Source of the DNA: Andalucia godoyi And28
Lineage: Eukaryota; Protista; Jakobida
Direction: 5' to 3'
Length of the DNA: 64,000 nucleotides
Assembly: GCA_009859145.1 (NCBI GenBank)
Contig: VRVR01000023.1
Span: forward strand, 1-64,000
The notes under the pieces were generated by a model, which saw only the letters and a program-made list of their open reading frames with translations, was not told the DNA's origin and searched no databases. Position 1 is the first letter of the stretch, and every line of letters starts with the position of its first letter. A program made the position numbers and the translations under genes. Below are positions 52,811-63,894 of the stretch, in pieces.

Positions 52811-54403
52811 ATGAGCGACGGAGGGTGCTACCCTGCTGTGGGGTCCACAGAATACTGGTTGTTCATCTTCTCGCGATTGGTTGGCTGCACAATGCTTTTC
52901 GCGGGTTTTGTGGCGGCGCTCGTTAATCTACTACGGACTCGGAAGAGTGGCGTTCTGGCGTCGAACTCACGAGGCATTACGGAGCTCGATGCTATTTTGC
53001 TTCCTTCTGTGCACAAGCTGGATGGTTTTCTGGAAGACGATGAAAACGCGGCGCTCGAGCTGCCGGTTGTGAATGTTGCGTTTCCAACGCAGCTTGCGGT
53101 GCATTCCTTTGGCTTCTGGTGGACTCTTGCACCGGAATACCAAAAGTCGGTGAAATGGGTCACGCGCTCCATTGCGATCTTCATAGTTGTGCTTCTTGCG
53201 GTCTTGATCGCATACGACGTTGTGATGTTTGGAATGCGGACGAACAGCAGTAGTAGTAACAGGCCGGGCTCGTCAACGTCGCTCAATGGGTTTGCGGATA
53301 GCGTGATGACGAGCTTATCATTGATTGCCTCGTTCTTCTGCTGGAAGTACTACGACGCGCTTGGCATCCTGTTGCACTGCGCACTGCCGTCACCAGATCC
53401 TCACAGCTATGCAAACTTACATTCTCTTGTGCGCCGTCAGACCATCGTCTGGCTATTGTGGATGCTGGTCTCTGCTGCGGTAGACACACAGTTTGTAGCA
53501 GCTGCAGCATGTGATGCATCGTCCAGTGCCATGCTTGGCACGCTGCACTTCTTCTTTGTGTTGGGCGTGGAAGGACTCGTGACTGCTTCGATGCTCCTCT
53601 GTCCCTGGATGTGTCGAGTGTTATCGCTCCAGCTTGCGTCGGTCACGAGAGATCTCTTTTTGGTCGCGACCGGCGAGTCTCCCATCAATGGGTCCATCCG
53701 CTCTGCCAAGGATGCAGTCAACAGTGTCATCAACATACGAAGCACCACCCTCGCCGTTTCAACTGCGATCTCCGTGTTTTCGGTCCCGATGTTCCTGCTG
53801 TTCATCGTGCACGTCTTTCGCATGATTGTAATGACACTCTCGCCTGCGCAGGAGGATTCGTATGGCGACGGAACCGCACTGTCCAATCTGTTCAGCTCCT
53901 TGGTTGTACTGGTGGTCATTCTCGTCAGCCTGTGGCCCGCAACAGAAGTATCCAAAGAGGTGTTTCAGTTCACTCAGCTTATTGCGCTCCTAGCCTCGGA
54001 CCAGTTTGAGCCGTCCTTGCACCGTGCGAAATTTCTAGAGGAGCACAGTTCTGCTCAGGCCCCCTCGTCCAGTGCGAACCGCAACCGAATGTCGCTCCAG
54101 CGGAGAAGCGTTCATCATCCGTGGTTTTGCTTACTGCGCAATGAGCGGCAGTCCCGCATGCGCTCTGCTTCCAATTCGAATTCCAATTCCAATTCCAGGG
54201 GAAAGCACGCTCGCAGCAACGAATTCCTGTCGGACAGCGAGATATCGTTTCTGCAGACCGCCGTCGCCGCTGCAGAAACGCTATTCGGCAGCGGAATTGC
54301 CGTCTTTGGCTACTCGGTCACCACGGGATCGATTGCAAGGGTCGGCGTCGCTCTCGTCCCCATCTATGGATTCGTTTTGCAATACGCGTGGAGCATCCAC
54401 TGA
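52811..54403 (+). CDS. Seven-TM protein resembling the gustatory-receptor-like (7TM ion channel) superfamily
   Basis: About 7 TM segments, long loop before the last helix, C-terminal GIAVFGYSVTTGSI...PIYGFVLQY resembles the GR TM7 signature. Confidence 0.5.
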   Translation: MSDGGCYPAVGSTEYWLFIFSRLVGCTMLFAGFVAALVNLLRTRKSGVLASNSRGITELDAILLPSVHKLDGFLEDDENAALELPVVNVAFPTQLAVHSFGFWWTLAPEYQKSVKWVTRSIAIFIVVLLAVLIAYDVVMFGMRTNSSSSNRPGSSTSLNGFADSVMTSLSLIASFFCWKYYDALGILLHCALPSPDPHSYANLHSLVRRQTIVWLLWMLVSAAVDTQFVAAAACDASSSAMLGTLHFFFVLGVEGLVTASMLLCPWMCRVLSLQLASVTRDLFLVATGESPINGSIRSAKDAVNSVINIRSTTLAVSTAISVFSVPMFLLFIVHVFRMIVMTLSPAQEDSYGDGTALSNLFSSLVVLVVILVSLWPATEVSKEVFQFTQLIALLASDQFEPSLHRAKFLEEHSSAQAPSSSANRNRMSLQRRSVHHPWFCLLRNERQSRMRSASNSNSNSNSRGKHARSNEFLSDSEISFLQTAVAAAETLFGSGIAVFGYSVTTGSIARVGVALVPIYGFVLQYAWSIH

Positions 54404-54947
54404 TGCACGTGACGGCTCTGTGCTTGTGTGTTTGTGGAAAACGTCTTTTTGCGAATCTACTTTCCTCTTTGCTATTCCCTGCTGTACTCCGCCTGTTCCC
54501 TTCCAGTTTCAACTCTTTGAGGCCTCTCCTGCTTTGGGGGTCGTTCGATGTGACCTGACATCTCCGCGTGACACCCTGTCGGAGGACAACTGCCCGAAAA
54601 TAGTAACGGGTCGGGATGGAGCCGATGGATGCATCACGGAAGGCACGCTCTCCTTCTAATTTGTTTTATTTTGTTAATTTTTATTTGGTTTGCTTATTTA
54701 TTTATAATTATAATTATTTTATTTTTTGGTTTTCGCGACTCTTTAGCCCTTCTCTCCTTCATTTCCCCTCCGGGTTTTGCTTTTGCTTTTGCTTTTGCTT
54801 TTGCTTTTGCTTCTGCTTTTTATTTTACTTTTAATTTTGTGGCATCACTGTTCCTGCTGTGTCTACCTGCAGCGTATTTTTCAGTTCGGCATCGTTTTCT
54901 TCATTTTGAACTTTACGAGGCGGGAAGAAATAAAAAGGTGAACGTGA

Positions 54948-56681
54948 ATGATCAGCACCACCAGCTCTCTTCCCATGAAGCTGGTCTTGGTGGTGATGGC
55001 GATGCTACTTGTGGCAAGCGCATCCAAGGTTGTGGAAACGAAAAAGAACGGTCGGTTTTTTGTGACGACGTATTGTGCGCGAAGTCACTATATGCTTCTT
55101 GCGTCGCTGACCGCGGAGCTTCTGGATCGAGGCCACCACGTAACCTTCTCTCTGCCGCACGAGTGCACGCGATGGTGGACGGACCAGCCGGACACTCGGT
55201 TGTCGTCGCATCCCAACGTGAAGTTTGTGCCTGGTGATGACGTTCACGGGATCCGACTGAACCAGGAAGCAGAACGGCTCTACCAGCGCTCGAAATCCAT
55301 CTTGTACCAGGACGTGCTCATGGACATTGGCGACACTCTGATGAAGGCGCACTATTCGCACTTTGAGTACTTGGATCGCTTCCTCGCGTCCATTGCGAAT
55401 GCACATGGTGCGAGTGGGTCTGGCACGGTTCCGTTCGACTACTTCCTCTGCGATTCGTACTCGTTTGCATGCATGGTTGCCGCTACAAAGTACAATGTCC
55501 CGATCTTTGCGAACAATGCTGTCGAGTTCTACGAAGCGGTGACCTCGCCCACATGGATGAACCACTGGTTCGATGCCGCGCCCGTTCCCGTCATTGCGTC
55601 AAACAAGGACTGGAGCGTTGCTGCGGCTGCACAGCAGATTGCAAGTCATGCCAAGCACGGCCTTCTGCGGTCGCTCTTCCTCTACATCTACCACAAGCGA
55701 CGCAATGCCTACCACGAGTTCTTCCAACACTACAACATCCAAGTCCCAGAGAATTTTTCCACCATGGCCTCACGATATGCAGCTGTCGTGAACTCCTACC
55801 CCGGGTTCTCCTTCGCCACGTTCACGTCACCTGCGCACGTCTACGTTGGAACCGTCCGTAACTTTTCTCGCGAACTGCCATTCTCCATTGCATCCTTGTC
55901 GCTGGACACCCGCATGAAGCAGTTTCTCGACGGGACCCTGAATGTCCACGATAAGCGGCCCGTCCTGTACGTCGCAACCGGGACAATTCTTGTGCTGCAC
56001 CACTCGACAACCGGGCTTTTTGCGCGCGCGTTTCTCGACCCGTCGTTTCCTTTCCGAGTGCTGTGGTCTGTGCCAAACAAGGCTGCACAGCTTCTGGAGA
56101 TGCATCCGGAAATCGCAGCCGCTGACCACATCCTTGTCTCGTCGTGGACGCCCCAGCTTGCGGTGCTGAGCCATGCGAACGTGGTCCTGTTCCTGACGCA
56201 CTCCGGGCTGAACTCGGCACACGAGGCCGTGGCATTTGAAGTACCAGTCATCTGCATGCCGTTCCACGCTGACCAGCCGGACGTCTGTCGTCAGATGGTG
56301 CGCAACGGCGCCGGAGTCCAGCTTGACATCCTCTCGCTCCACGGAGACCCCGCCCCCATCCTCCAACTTGCGCATGATGTCGTACCAGGCGGCGCACGAT
56401 ACAAACTGCTCAAGGCCGGCGTCAAGAGACTTGCAGCACTCATGCGCGGCGCAGGCGGAATCGCAGCCGCAGCCGACCACGTCGAGTACGTCTTGACACT
56501 TGGCTTCGACCACCTCGTTCCCCGCGATCTTCAGTATCCATGGTACATCCAAACGGACGTAGATCTCTATGCGCTCCTGCTCCTCTTTACAGCCGCTGCG
56601 TGCAAACTCACTCAGTTTTCCTGCCGGTGCTGCTGCCGCAGACTCAACCGGCGACGCAGCCAAAAGCCCAAGGCAGATTGA
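54948..56681 (+). CDS. UDP-glycosyltransferase (animal UGT-like topology)
   Basis: Signal peptide, ARSHY, signature WTPQLAVLSHANVVLFLTHSGLNSAHEAVAFEVPVICMPFHADQ, C-terminal TM with basic tail. Confidence 0.92.
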   Translation: MISTTSSLPMKLVLVVMAMLLVASASKVVETKKNGRFFVTTYCARSHYMLLASLTAELLDRGHHVTFSLPHECTRWWTDQPDTRLSSHPNVKFVPGDDVHGIRLNQEAERLYQRSKSILYQDVLMDIGDTLMKAHYSHFEYLDRFLASIANAHGASGSGTVPFDYFLCDSYSFACMVAATKYNVPIFANNAVEFYEAVTSPTWMNHWFDAAPVPVIASNKDWSVAAAAQQIASHAKHGLLRSLFLYIYHKRRNAYHEFFQHYNIQVPENFSTMASRYAAVVNSYPGFSFATFTSPAHVYVGTVRNFSRELPFSIASLSLDTRMKQFLDGTLNVHDKRPVLYVATGTILVLHHSTTGLFARAFLDPSFPFRVLWSVPNKAAQLLEMHPEIAAADHILVSSWTPQLAVLSHANVVLFLTHSGLNSAHEAVAFEVPVICMPFHADQPDVCRQMVRNGAGVQLDILSLHGDPAPILQLAHDVVPGGARYKLLKAGVKRLAALMRGAGGIAAAADHVEYVLTLGFDHLVPRDLQYPWYIQTDVDLYALLLLFTAAACKLTQFSCRCCCRRLNRRRSQKPKAD

Positions 56682-56729
56682 GCGAGTTTGGAGACTGGAC
56701 AACTGAATAAAAGTCATCATCATCACCGT

Positions 56730-56789
56730 AATAATAACAATAATATCAATAATAACAATAATAACAATAATAACAATAATAACAATAAT
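56730..56789. repeat. (AAT/AAC)n microsatellite
   Basis: Direct reading of the sequence. Confidence 0.85.
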
Positions 56790-56882
56790 ACAGCCCTTCT
56801 TCGTTCATTCCGATTTCCGACTGATTATCGTGTTCCGTACCGCGCACTGCTTTTTGTTTCCTATTTGCGCCAAAAGTGGGGG

Positions 56883-57296
56883 ATGGTGCGGACGTATCGA
56901 TCGGAAGGTGAGGCGCTGATCCGGGTCGGCGAAAACGCACGGGACAACGACTACGTCAGGAGAACCGCTCGCCAGAACCATTTGTGGTTCCACCTGGAAT
57001 CGATGCATTCCGCGCACGTAGTGCTCGCCGTCGCGGAGTCCGAGGCTTCGCGCCAGATGGTGGAAGACGCCGCGCTTCTTTGCAAGTACTGGTCGCGCGA
57101 GATGCGAGACCGAAATGCCGCACGCGTCATGTACACAATCGTCAAGAATGTCAGAGAAGGCCGCACGGGAAACGACGGGCAGGTCCAGCTGGCAAAGACT
57201 CCAACTGTCGTAACCGTCCATGACGACCCATCTCGGCTCGCCGTTCTTTTACAGTCGGTCGGATCAGAGCCGTGGAAAGAATCCTATCGACAGTAG
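56883..57296 (+). CDS. NFACT-R (DUF814) RNA-binding domain protein
   Basis: IRVGENARDND...LWFHLESMHSAHVVL...DAALLCKYWS...VMYT pattern. Confidence 0.85.
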   Translation: MVRTYRSEGEALIRVGENARDNDYVRRTARQNHLWFHLESMHSAHVVLAVAESEASRQMVEDAALLCKYWSREMRDRNAARVMYTIVKNVREGRTGNDGQVQLAKTPTVVTVHDDPSRLAVLLQSVGSEPWKESYRQ

Positions 57297-57379
57297 TTGC
57301 GATCCTCGATCGCAAGGCCTTTTCCTTTTGAAGTTTTTCGTTTTGCAGAACACAGCCATACCGCTCCGGAGGCTCTGAA

Positions 57380-58267
57380 ATGTCGCTTCATTTCCCATGT
57401 TGGAGCAGTGGCCATCGGCGACACCCGCTCGTGGTGCTTCATGGTCTGTTTGGCCGGGCGGCGAACTGGCGGCCTCTGCTGGCTCCGCCGCCCGCATCCA
57501 CTACGACTGTTGCGTCGTTGTGTGTGGACCGCGAAGTGCATGTGCTGGACTCGACGCATGCGACACACTATACATATCCGAGCCTGGCTTGTGTCCTCCA
57601 TGCACAACTCGACCGGATCTTTGGGCCTGCTTCCCAGCGGGGCGATGGAAAACCGCCGGTGATTATGGGCCACTCGATGGGCGGAAAGACGGCCATGTAC
57701 TCGCTTCTGGCAGCGCCGCGGTCCACATATGCAGCGGCAATTATTGTCGATGTGGCGCCGGTGTCGTATGTGGGGAATGCCTGGTGGACTGTCCCGCGAG
57801 TGGTGGACGCTGTGCATCGTACGCTGCCGCTGCTTGCGATGGACTCGGCCACAGTCTCCATTGCCGACATCACGCATGCGCTCATGAAGGATCTTGGCGG
57901 GGACAAGCGCACAGCACAATTCCTTGCGTCTTCGATTGATCGAGCCCGGAGAGCGTGGTGCGTCGATGTCCACGCTATTCGCAGAGACGTTCTCTCCATT
58001 GGCGATTTTCCGTTTCCGCCACTGCCTTTGCCTTCTTCCAGTTCTCCCCGTTCTCCGTCCATGCAAGAGGACAGTCTGCCACCTGTGTTGTTTATTGGCG
58101 GTGCAAATTCAAACCATACGTCTGCCTCGTATGATCCTGTGATCCGAAAAGTGTTTCCAAACGCAGAGATTGTCCGAATTCCGTCGGCGGGACACTGGGT
58201 CCACGTCGACCAACCGATGCTCTTCACCGAAGCTGTCCGCTCCTTCCTCTCTACCCACTCTCTCTAA
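57380..58267 (+). CDS. ABHD11: Alpha/beta hydrolase, ABHD11/YbfF-like
   Basis: VLHGLFGRAANW, GHSMGGK, VDVAP, PVLFIGG, AGHWVHVDQP. Confidence 0.85.
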   Translation: MSLHFPCWSSGHRRHPLVVLHGLFGRAANWRPLLAPPPASTTTVASLCVDREVHVLDSTHATHYTYPSLACVLHAQLDRIFGPASQRGDGKPPVIMGHSMGGKTAMYSLLAAPRSTYAAAIIVDVAPVSYVGNAWWTVPRVVDAVHRTLPLLAMDSATVSIADITHALMKDLGGDKRTAQFLASSIDRARRAWCVDVHAIRRDVLSIGDFPFPPLPLPSSSSPRSPSMQEDSLPPVLFIGGANSNHTSASYDPVIRKVFPNAEIVRIPSAGHWVHVDQPMLFTEAVRSFLSTHSL

Positions 58268-58409
58268 ATATATATATTTATATATAAAACAAGAATGTGC
58301 ATTCCGGTCTTTTGTAAATGCAGATACGGATGCTTGGGTGTGCGTGAACTGTGCGTTCTGTGTGAGTGGTGGAGTTCAAAATAAGAATGGTGTTTTTACG
58401 TGTACAACA

Positions 58410-58572
58410 TTATACTTGGGACCGCACGCCTCCAAAGACGGACGTGACGCTGGGATTCGGCTGTGCTGCAAGTCCGTGGCTGCTGCCGCCAATCATTGCA
58501 TTTACTCCAAGTGCCGCTGCTGCTGCTGCTGCTGCTGCTGCCGCTGCTTGCTGTTGCTGTTGCTGTTGCTGC

Positions 58573-58604
<32 letters not shown>

Positions 58605-59411
58605 CTGCTGCTGTTGTTGTTGTTGTTGCTGTTGGTGCAGATGTTGATGCATCTGCTGATGCTGGACAGCCGCTGCTACTGAGGACGATGATGACGATGA
58701 GGCAGGGTTCGCGGCAAATCCAAGCGATGGCCGCATGGCGATTGGCCACACCGCGACGCCGCCCGGCATTGGTCGTACTGCGACTCCGTTTCCCATTCCA
58801 TATTCTCCGCGAGCATGCAGGGCAGCCAAGTATCCTCCGGTTGCAGCGCTAATCCCCTGCGCAGCTTCCCGCTCTCGCGCCGCCGCTGCACCACCCATCT
58901 GCACCGTCTCCATGCTCACCAGATGCACACCGCGCTGCCACACACGCAGCTGGAGCGACAATGGAAGCACCGACACTGTAGCCCACGCCGCCTGAAACAC
59001 CGCTTCCTCATCCACCACTCCGCCGCTGTTCCCAAGACTGCTCATCCCCGTCGCGCTCGAGTTTGCTGCATTCATCGATGACGGCACCGACGAAGCAGAT
59101 GACGAGGACGAGGGTGTCTGTGACACTGTGACGGTGACCGGGACCGGGATTGCTGTCCCCGGCATCGTCGCGAGAATCGGTGCTCCCGCCGCCGTTGTCC
59201 CATTATCTGTCATCGTAGTGCTCACTGGATCCCCAGCATTGTTCGACGAGACATCTGTCGCGGGTGTCGGTGTCGATGATGTTGTCCGCGGCTTCTTTGC
59301 GTGCGGTCGCACTGGCTGAGAATCCTCCGCAGGTGTCACAGGCGGCGCAGAGCCCGACGAGCGTGACGCACGCTGCTGTACACTTCGGAATGACGACGAC
59401 TCTTGCTGCAT
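58410..59411 (-). CDS. Low-complexity hypothetical protein with poly-Gln/poly-Ala tract
   Basis: Long ATG-initiated ORF, S/T/A/P-rich, Q-run of about 29 residues. Confidence 0.55.
58512..58660. repeat. Interrupted (CAG/CAA)n and (GCA)n trinucleotide tract
   Basis: TGC/TGT repeats on the + strand. Confidence 0.9.
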
Positions 59412-59959
59412 GTTCTTTCACCCACCCTGCTCAACCACCACGCAATCAGTCAAGAAACACAGTGGAGGAAATAATGAAATGGAAAATAATGAAATGGAAA
59501 GAAAAATAAACAGTGGGAAAAAATAATTTTCTTTAATTAAAATCGTTATTATAAATTAAAAAGAAATGAGTAAAGAGAGAATAAAGACGGAATGAAGAAA
59601 CAGAGAGTAAGGCTGTGTGGCGGGATGACTATGGACGATTTTTCACGAGAAGCCCTTCAAAGACTTGAGAGAGAAAGAGAGAGAGGGGCGGGGGGGGGTG
59701 GGAGGGCAGCATCAAGGGCATCATGCAGGTGATGCTGACTTTTGACTCAAGTGAGAGAAAAGAGGAAAATTAAAATAGACATGAAAAGAAAAAAACGCCT
59801 CGAGTGCGGTTGAGACTTTTTCTTCTCGTTTTCCGATTCCGTTTCCTTTTCTTTTCCTGATGGAATCACGCATTGGGATTTTTTTAGTATCATAGTTATT
59901 ATCATCATTATTATTTATTTTTATTTTATTTTATTTTATTTATTTATTTTTCACTGTAA

Positions 59960-60370
59960 ATGGGAAACCAGTCGGGGAAAAATGCGTCGGAAAAGGCATA
60001 TCGGCAGCCGGCATTTGAAAGACTGGTTGCTCTGCCGTATCCACAGACTCAAGCGTCCTCCACTACGACGACGACGACGACGACGACGGTTGTGACGGAT
60101 CAGTACATCCATTATTACAATACGCGACGCTCGACGACGCTCGGTGCGCCGGATGCAAAGCGGCTTGGGATCGCTACGACGCATGACGAAGCATCACAAG
60201 ATGCAAAGATCTCACCGGCACAGCTGCAGCCATCCGGTTACTTTGTGCAGACGGACGGAAAGACGAAAGCGCCGTTCATGTATGCCCGCAAAGAAGGCGA
60301 TGAAAAAAACGTCTTTTACGTCGCACCGCGCAAACACGGACAACCACATCCGCGCGCTCAGGTTGCTTAG
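59960..60370 (+). CDS. Small hypothetical protein (MG N-terminus)
   Basis: ATG directly after AT-rich spacer, GC-rich ORF with poly-Thr; no family recognised. Confidence 0.5.
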   Translation: MGNQSGKNASEKAYRQPAFERLVALPYPQTQASSTTTTTTTTTVVTDQYIHYYNTRRSTTLGAPDAKRLGIATTHDEASQDAKISPAQLQPSGYFVQTDGKTKAPFMYARKEGDEKNVFYVAPRKHGQPHPRAQVA

Positions 60371-60784
60371 GCAGCGGGAGCCCTTCAAATCATCAATATT
60401 TATAAACTACTGTACAGACTACTGCCGTTGTTGAATTCTGGAAGCGAATCCCCCCCCCTCCCCCCCAAAAAACTCCCCCCGATCATCAATGCCCTTTCCC
60501 CAAACGAAAGAAAAAGTCTCTTTGACAGAGAGGGAATAAGGATTGGGAATTCCGCACAAAGAAGAGAAGCGGAAGAGACCTCAATTTCGGCTCTTTTCAA
60601 AAAGCAGTTTATTTTCATCGTTCTCTTCGATTGTTATATCACTATTCTTATTTTTATATTTATATTTTAAACCCATTTTTGTTTAATGTATGCTTTTTTT
60701 TTTTCCCTTCGGGTGACAAATTACAATTTATCTTCGCATTGAACGCAAAGGAGGAATATTAAAAAGAAAAAAAGAAAGAAAAAG

Positions 60785-61699
60785 ATGAGTCCGCAAAGTG
60801 TGGCTTCGTTTTCGCCTCGGAATTCCTTTATGTTATCGTTTTCACATACAAAAAGCCGCTGTTTTCGCAAAGATTCACAGACTCGGATTCAGACACGGGC
60901 CGAGGATGCATGTCCTCAGAGGGTTCGCAAGGATGCGATTCCAAGTCCGTTGTCCGTGACGACTTCTCCAGAATGGTACCATGCATTTCCAGCGCTGACT
61001 GTGGATGCCGTCGCCATCCGCCGTCGCCCTCGTCGTTGCAGCACTGGCAGCTTGAAACGACCGCGATTGTCATCATCATTAGCATCGCCATCGTCGTCGT
61101 CGCCGGTTGTTGATGTGGACGCGTTGTTGGAAGAAGAGTCGTTTTGCGCATTGCTGTTTCACGAGCACTCAGATTCGTTCTGCTCCGTTCATTCAGAAGG
61201 GTCGTCCGCGGCGGCGTCCGATTGCGAGACTCCGCCGCTTTCTTCCTCTCCAGACTCTACTAGCAGAACCAGCACCGGCACTAGCAAGAGTAGGAGTGGT
61301 GATGATGGTGATGCGCGAGAGGTTCTGCTGGTTCGAAGAGGCCGGCCGCCGTACGAGGGCTTTTGGGCGCTTCCAGGAGGGTATGTGGAGTACAATGAAG
61401 ATCCCGAGATCGCGGTGCTTCGGGAACTGAAGGAAGAGACGGGCGTCAGCGGATGCGTAAAGGGACTGGTGGCGGTGATGGGCGATCCGTCGCGAGACCC
61501 CGTCAAACACGTCGTCACGATCGGGTATGCAGTTCAGGTATCGGACGACGCCGACGAGTGTCTTGTGCCGGGCGACGATGCGCTCGATGCTCGGTGGATC
61601 CCATTGACAGACGTCCTCGAGGGCAATATCCAACTCGCTTTTGACCATGCGGAATTGATCTCACAGGCCGCGCTTTCCAAAACACTGTCTTTTCAATAG
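60785..61699 (+). CDS. Nudix hydrolase with Ser-rich N-terminal extension
   Basis: LTVDAV, VLLVRRG...WALPGG, Nudix box GGYVEYNEDPEIAVLRELKEETG, RDP, GDDA, LAFDH. Confidence 0.88.
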   Translation: MSPQSVASFSPRNSFMLSFSHTKSRCFRKDSQTRIQTRAEDACPQRVRKDAIPSPLSVTTSPEWYHAFPALTVDAVAIRRRPRRCSTGSLKRPRLSSSLASPSSSSPVVDVDALLEEESFCALLFHEHSDSFCSVHSEGSSAAASDCETPPLSSSPDSTSRTSTGTSKSRSGDDGDAREVLLVRRGRPPYEGFWALPGGYVEYNEDPEIAVLRELKEETGVSGCVKGLVAVMGDPSRDPVKHVVTIGYAVQVSDDADECLVPGDDALDARWIPLTDVLEGNIQLAFDHAELISQAALSKTLSFQ

Positions 61700-62281
61700 T
61701 ACCGGGAGGAGCTTCTGTCCCGGTGCAGAAATCAAGTTGTTTTGTTTGCTTTTGTTTGGTGTTCCGTTTTCAGTTTTCATTTCATGTAGAAAATGAGTGT
61801 GAGGCTCTGGATAGTTGTGTTTGAGCTTGCACAAGGACTGCATGGCGATAAAAAAAGATTGTTTGGTGCCAGCCGGTGCTCGGAGCGCACGTAACTCAGT
61901 ACGTATACGTTCGCGAGTAAATATTCTCGTTTGTTGTTTGACTTCATTATCATTTGTTTATTGTTTTGTTGTTGTTAAAAAGCAACTGTCGCACGACCGT
62001 AGAAGAAGCGGGAGAGTTTCTAGTTGGGCGGGAAAACTGATTATGCTAACAAAACGGTCCTCGACACAGACTACAGTAGCTCGCCAACCCTAGGTCCGGC
62101 ACACTGGAACCCTAGATAATTGGTAAGAGCCCAAACCCGGGCCTTTGGGCTTGCCTTTCCTTTTCCTTTTGCACTCTGCTTGTGCTTGTTTGTGGTTGGT
62201 TTTTTAATTTTGTTTTTGGTATTTTGCTGTTTCCTTTGGGTATTCTGTTCACCACAAAATCATAAAAAAAGGAGAGAGAAG

Positions 62282-62614
62282 ATGTCTGGCCGCCTGTATG
62301 TCCCCGGCAAGTTCCTCGGTTTCCAGCGCTCGCTCGTGAACCAGAACGTGAACACCAGCCTCGTCAAGATCGACGGAGTCAAGTCCCGTGAAGAGACCGA
62401 GTTCTACCTCGGAAAGCGCATCGCCTATGTCTACAAGGCCAAGACCGCACGCAACTCTGCAAAGGGTGTCTCCACCAAGGTCCGTGCCATCTGGGGTCGT
62501 GTTACCCGCGCCCACGGAAACTCGGGTGTTGTCCGCGCCAAGTTCCAGACCAACTTGCCCGCTCGTGCAATGGGTGCCTCCCTCCGCGTCATGCTCTACC
62601 CAAGCCGCGTTTAA
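62282..62614 (+). CDS. RPL35A: 60S ribosomal protein L35a (eL33)
   Basis: RLYV...FLGFQRS...SLVKIDGV...[13 protein letters not shown]...[18 protein letters not shown]...RVMLYPSRV. Confidence 0.98.
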   Translation: MSGRLYVPGKFLGFQRSLVNQNVNTSLVKIDGVKSREETEFYLGKRIAYVYKAKTARNSAKGVSTKVRAIWGRVTRAHGNSGVVRAKFQTNLPARAMGASLRVMLYPSRV

Positions 62615-62961
62615 GTCCGTTTTGTTAGCTATTATATTTTTTTTTGGTTTCACATGGAAAAAAGACACGAGTGCAAATTTGCTAAGAAAAATGAATCACG
62701 TTGTTTAGAATCGCATTATCAGCATTTGATCTGTTTATCCTGTCTTCATGATGGACGTACTTCCTTTTCATTTATTATTTTTTTATTATTACAAATTTAC
62801 AACGATAGCAAAACTGTCCTTTGCTACGAAAAACCCGCATAACACACGTCATTACAAACTACAGACGACAAACTACGCATTTCAAAGTCATCGCAAGCTG
62901 CGGAACGCCCGCGCACCATCGTCATTGTCGTGGTCGCGGCGATGATGACGTTGGTGTAGGT

Positions 62962-63894
62962 CTAGTGGGTTGGTGAGAAGCAGCGCTGATACATGGATTC
63001 GTGCTCTGATTTGGCGATGACGGACTGTCGGATTCCAAGCAGCTTTTCTTCCTCCGCCCGCTTCTGCTGGGCTTCCTTCATTCTGCGAGCGTACACAACG
63101 GACGGCGTGTCCTTGAGGAACCCCGTTGGCTTAAACACCCTTCGATTGCGGTCCTCGGGATAGTGAATGTGCACACCCTTTGAGGTTCTCGTTGCGGAAC
63201 GCTGCGAGGACACGAGCTGCCGGTCTCGGTTTTCCTTTTCTCTGTCCAGCTTCTGCTGAGCCGTGGCGAGCCAGTCGTGTCGGTACGCATGTGCAAGGAC
63301 CATTTCCAGCTCCGAAGACGACTCGTTTGCCTTTCGTTTGACAAGCTGTGCATCCCGCTCGGCTTGCATTGCACACTGGGACCGCTTTGAATACAGCGAC
63401 GCGGGCGGAGTGACCGAACGAGGCTTCACTCTCGGAACACTCATTTCCTCCTCCAACACATTCCTGTACTTGGACACCGCCTTAGGTGTTGTCGCGCCCA
63501 TCACAAGCGTCTGTTTGTTCAGCCTGCGGAAGTCCACATCCAGGTAATTCTCGTCTGGCACGCTTTCGCTGGCAGGCGACCCCGACTGTGCTGCTGAGAG
63601 CGCGGACAGTGATCGGTCGGCCGGCGGCTGCACAGCAGAGGAAACCCCATCGTCCCATGACCCTATCGCGCCCTTCACACCCATTGTGTCTGTCTGCAGC
63701 GTAATCCCTTTCAACCGCGCATCCGCACCACGAACAAGCGCAGGAGATCGTGAGTGTGTTCCATACGCAGACCCGTCCGGAAGCGTTTGGCTTCGAACCG
63801 GCGATGTGTGGCGATTGCGCATCACGATCCGGTTATCTCGGACCGTCTCGTCAATGCTTGTCAACCGCGGCGTCCGTTCTTCAATGCGATCCAT
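62962..63894 (-). CDS. Hypothetical protein
   Basis: Long GC-rich ORF bounded by AT-rich spacers; no family recognised. Confidence 0.55.
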   Translation of the reverse strand: MDRIEERTPRLTSIDETVRDNRIVMRNRHTSPVRSQTLPDGSAYGTHSRSPALVRGADARLKGITLQTDTMGVKGAIGSWDDGVSSAVQPPADRSLSALSAAQSGSPASESVPDENYLDVDFRRLNKQTLVMGATTPKAVSKYRNVLEEEMSVPRVKPRSVTPPASLYSKRSQCAMQAERDAQLVKRKANESSSELEMVLAHAYRHDWLATAQQKLDREKENRDRQLVSSQRSATRTSKGVHIHYPEDRNRRVFKPTGFLKDTPSVVYARRMKEAQQKRAEEEKLLGIRQSVIAKSEHESMYQRCFSPTH

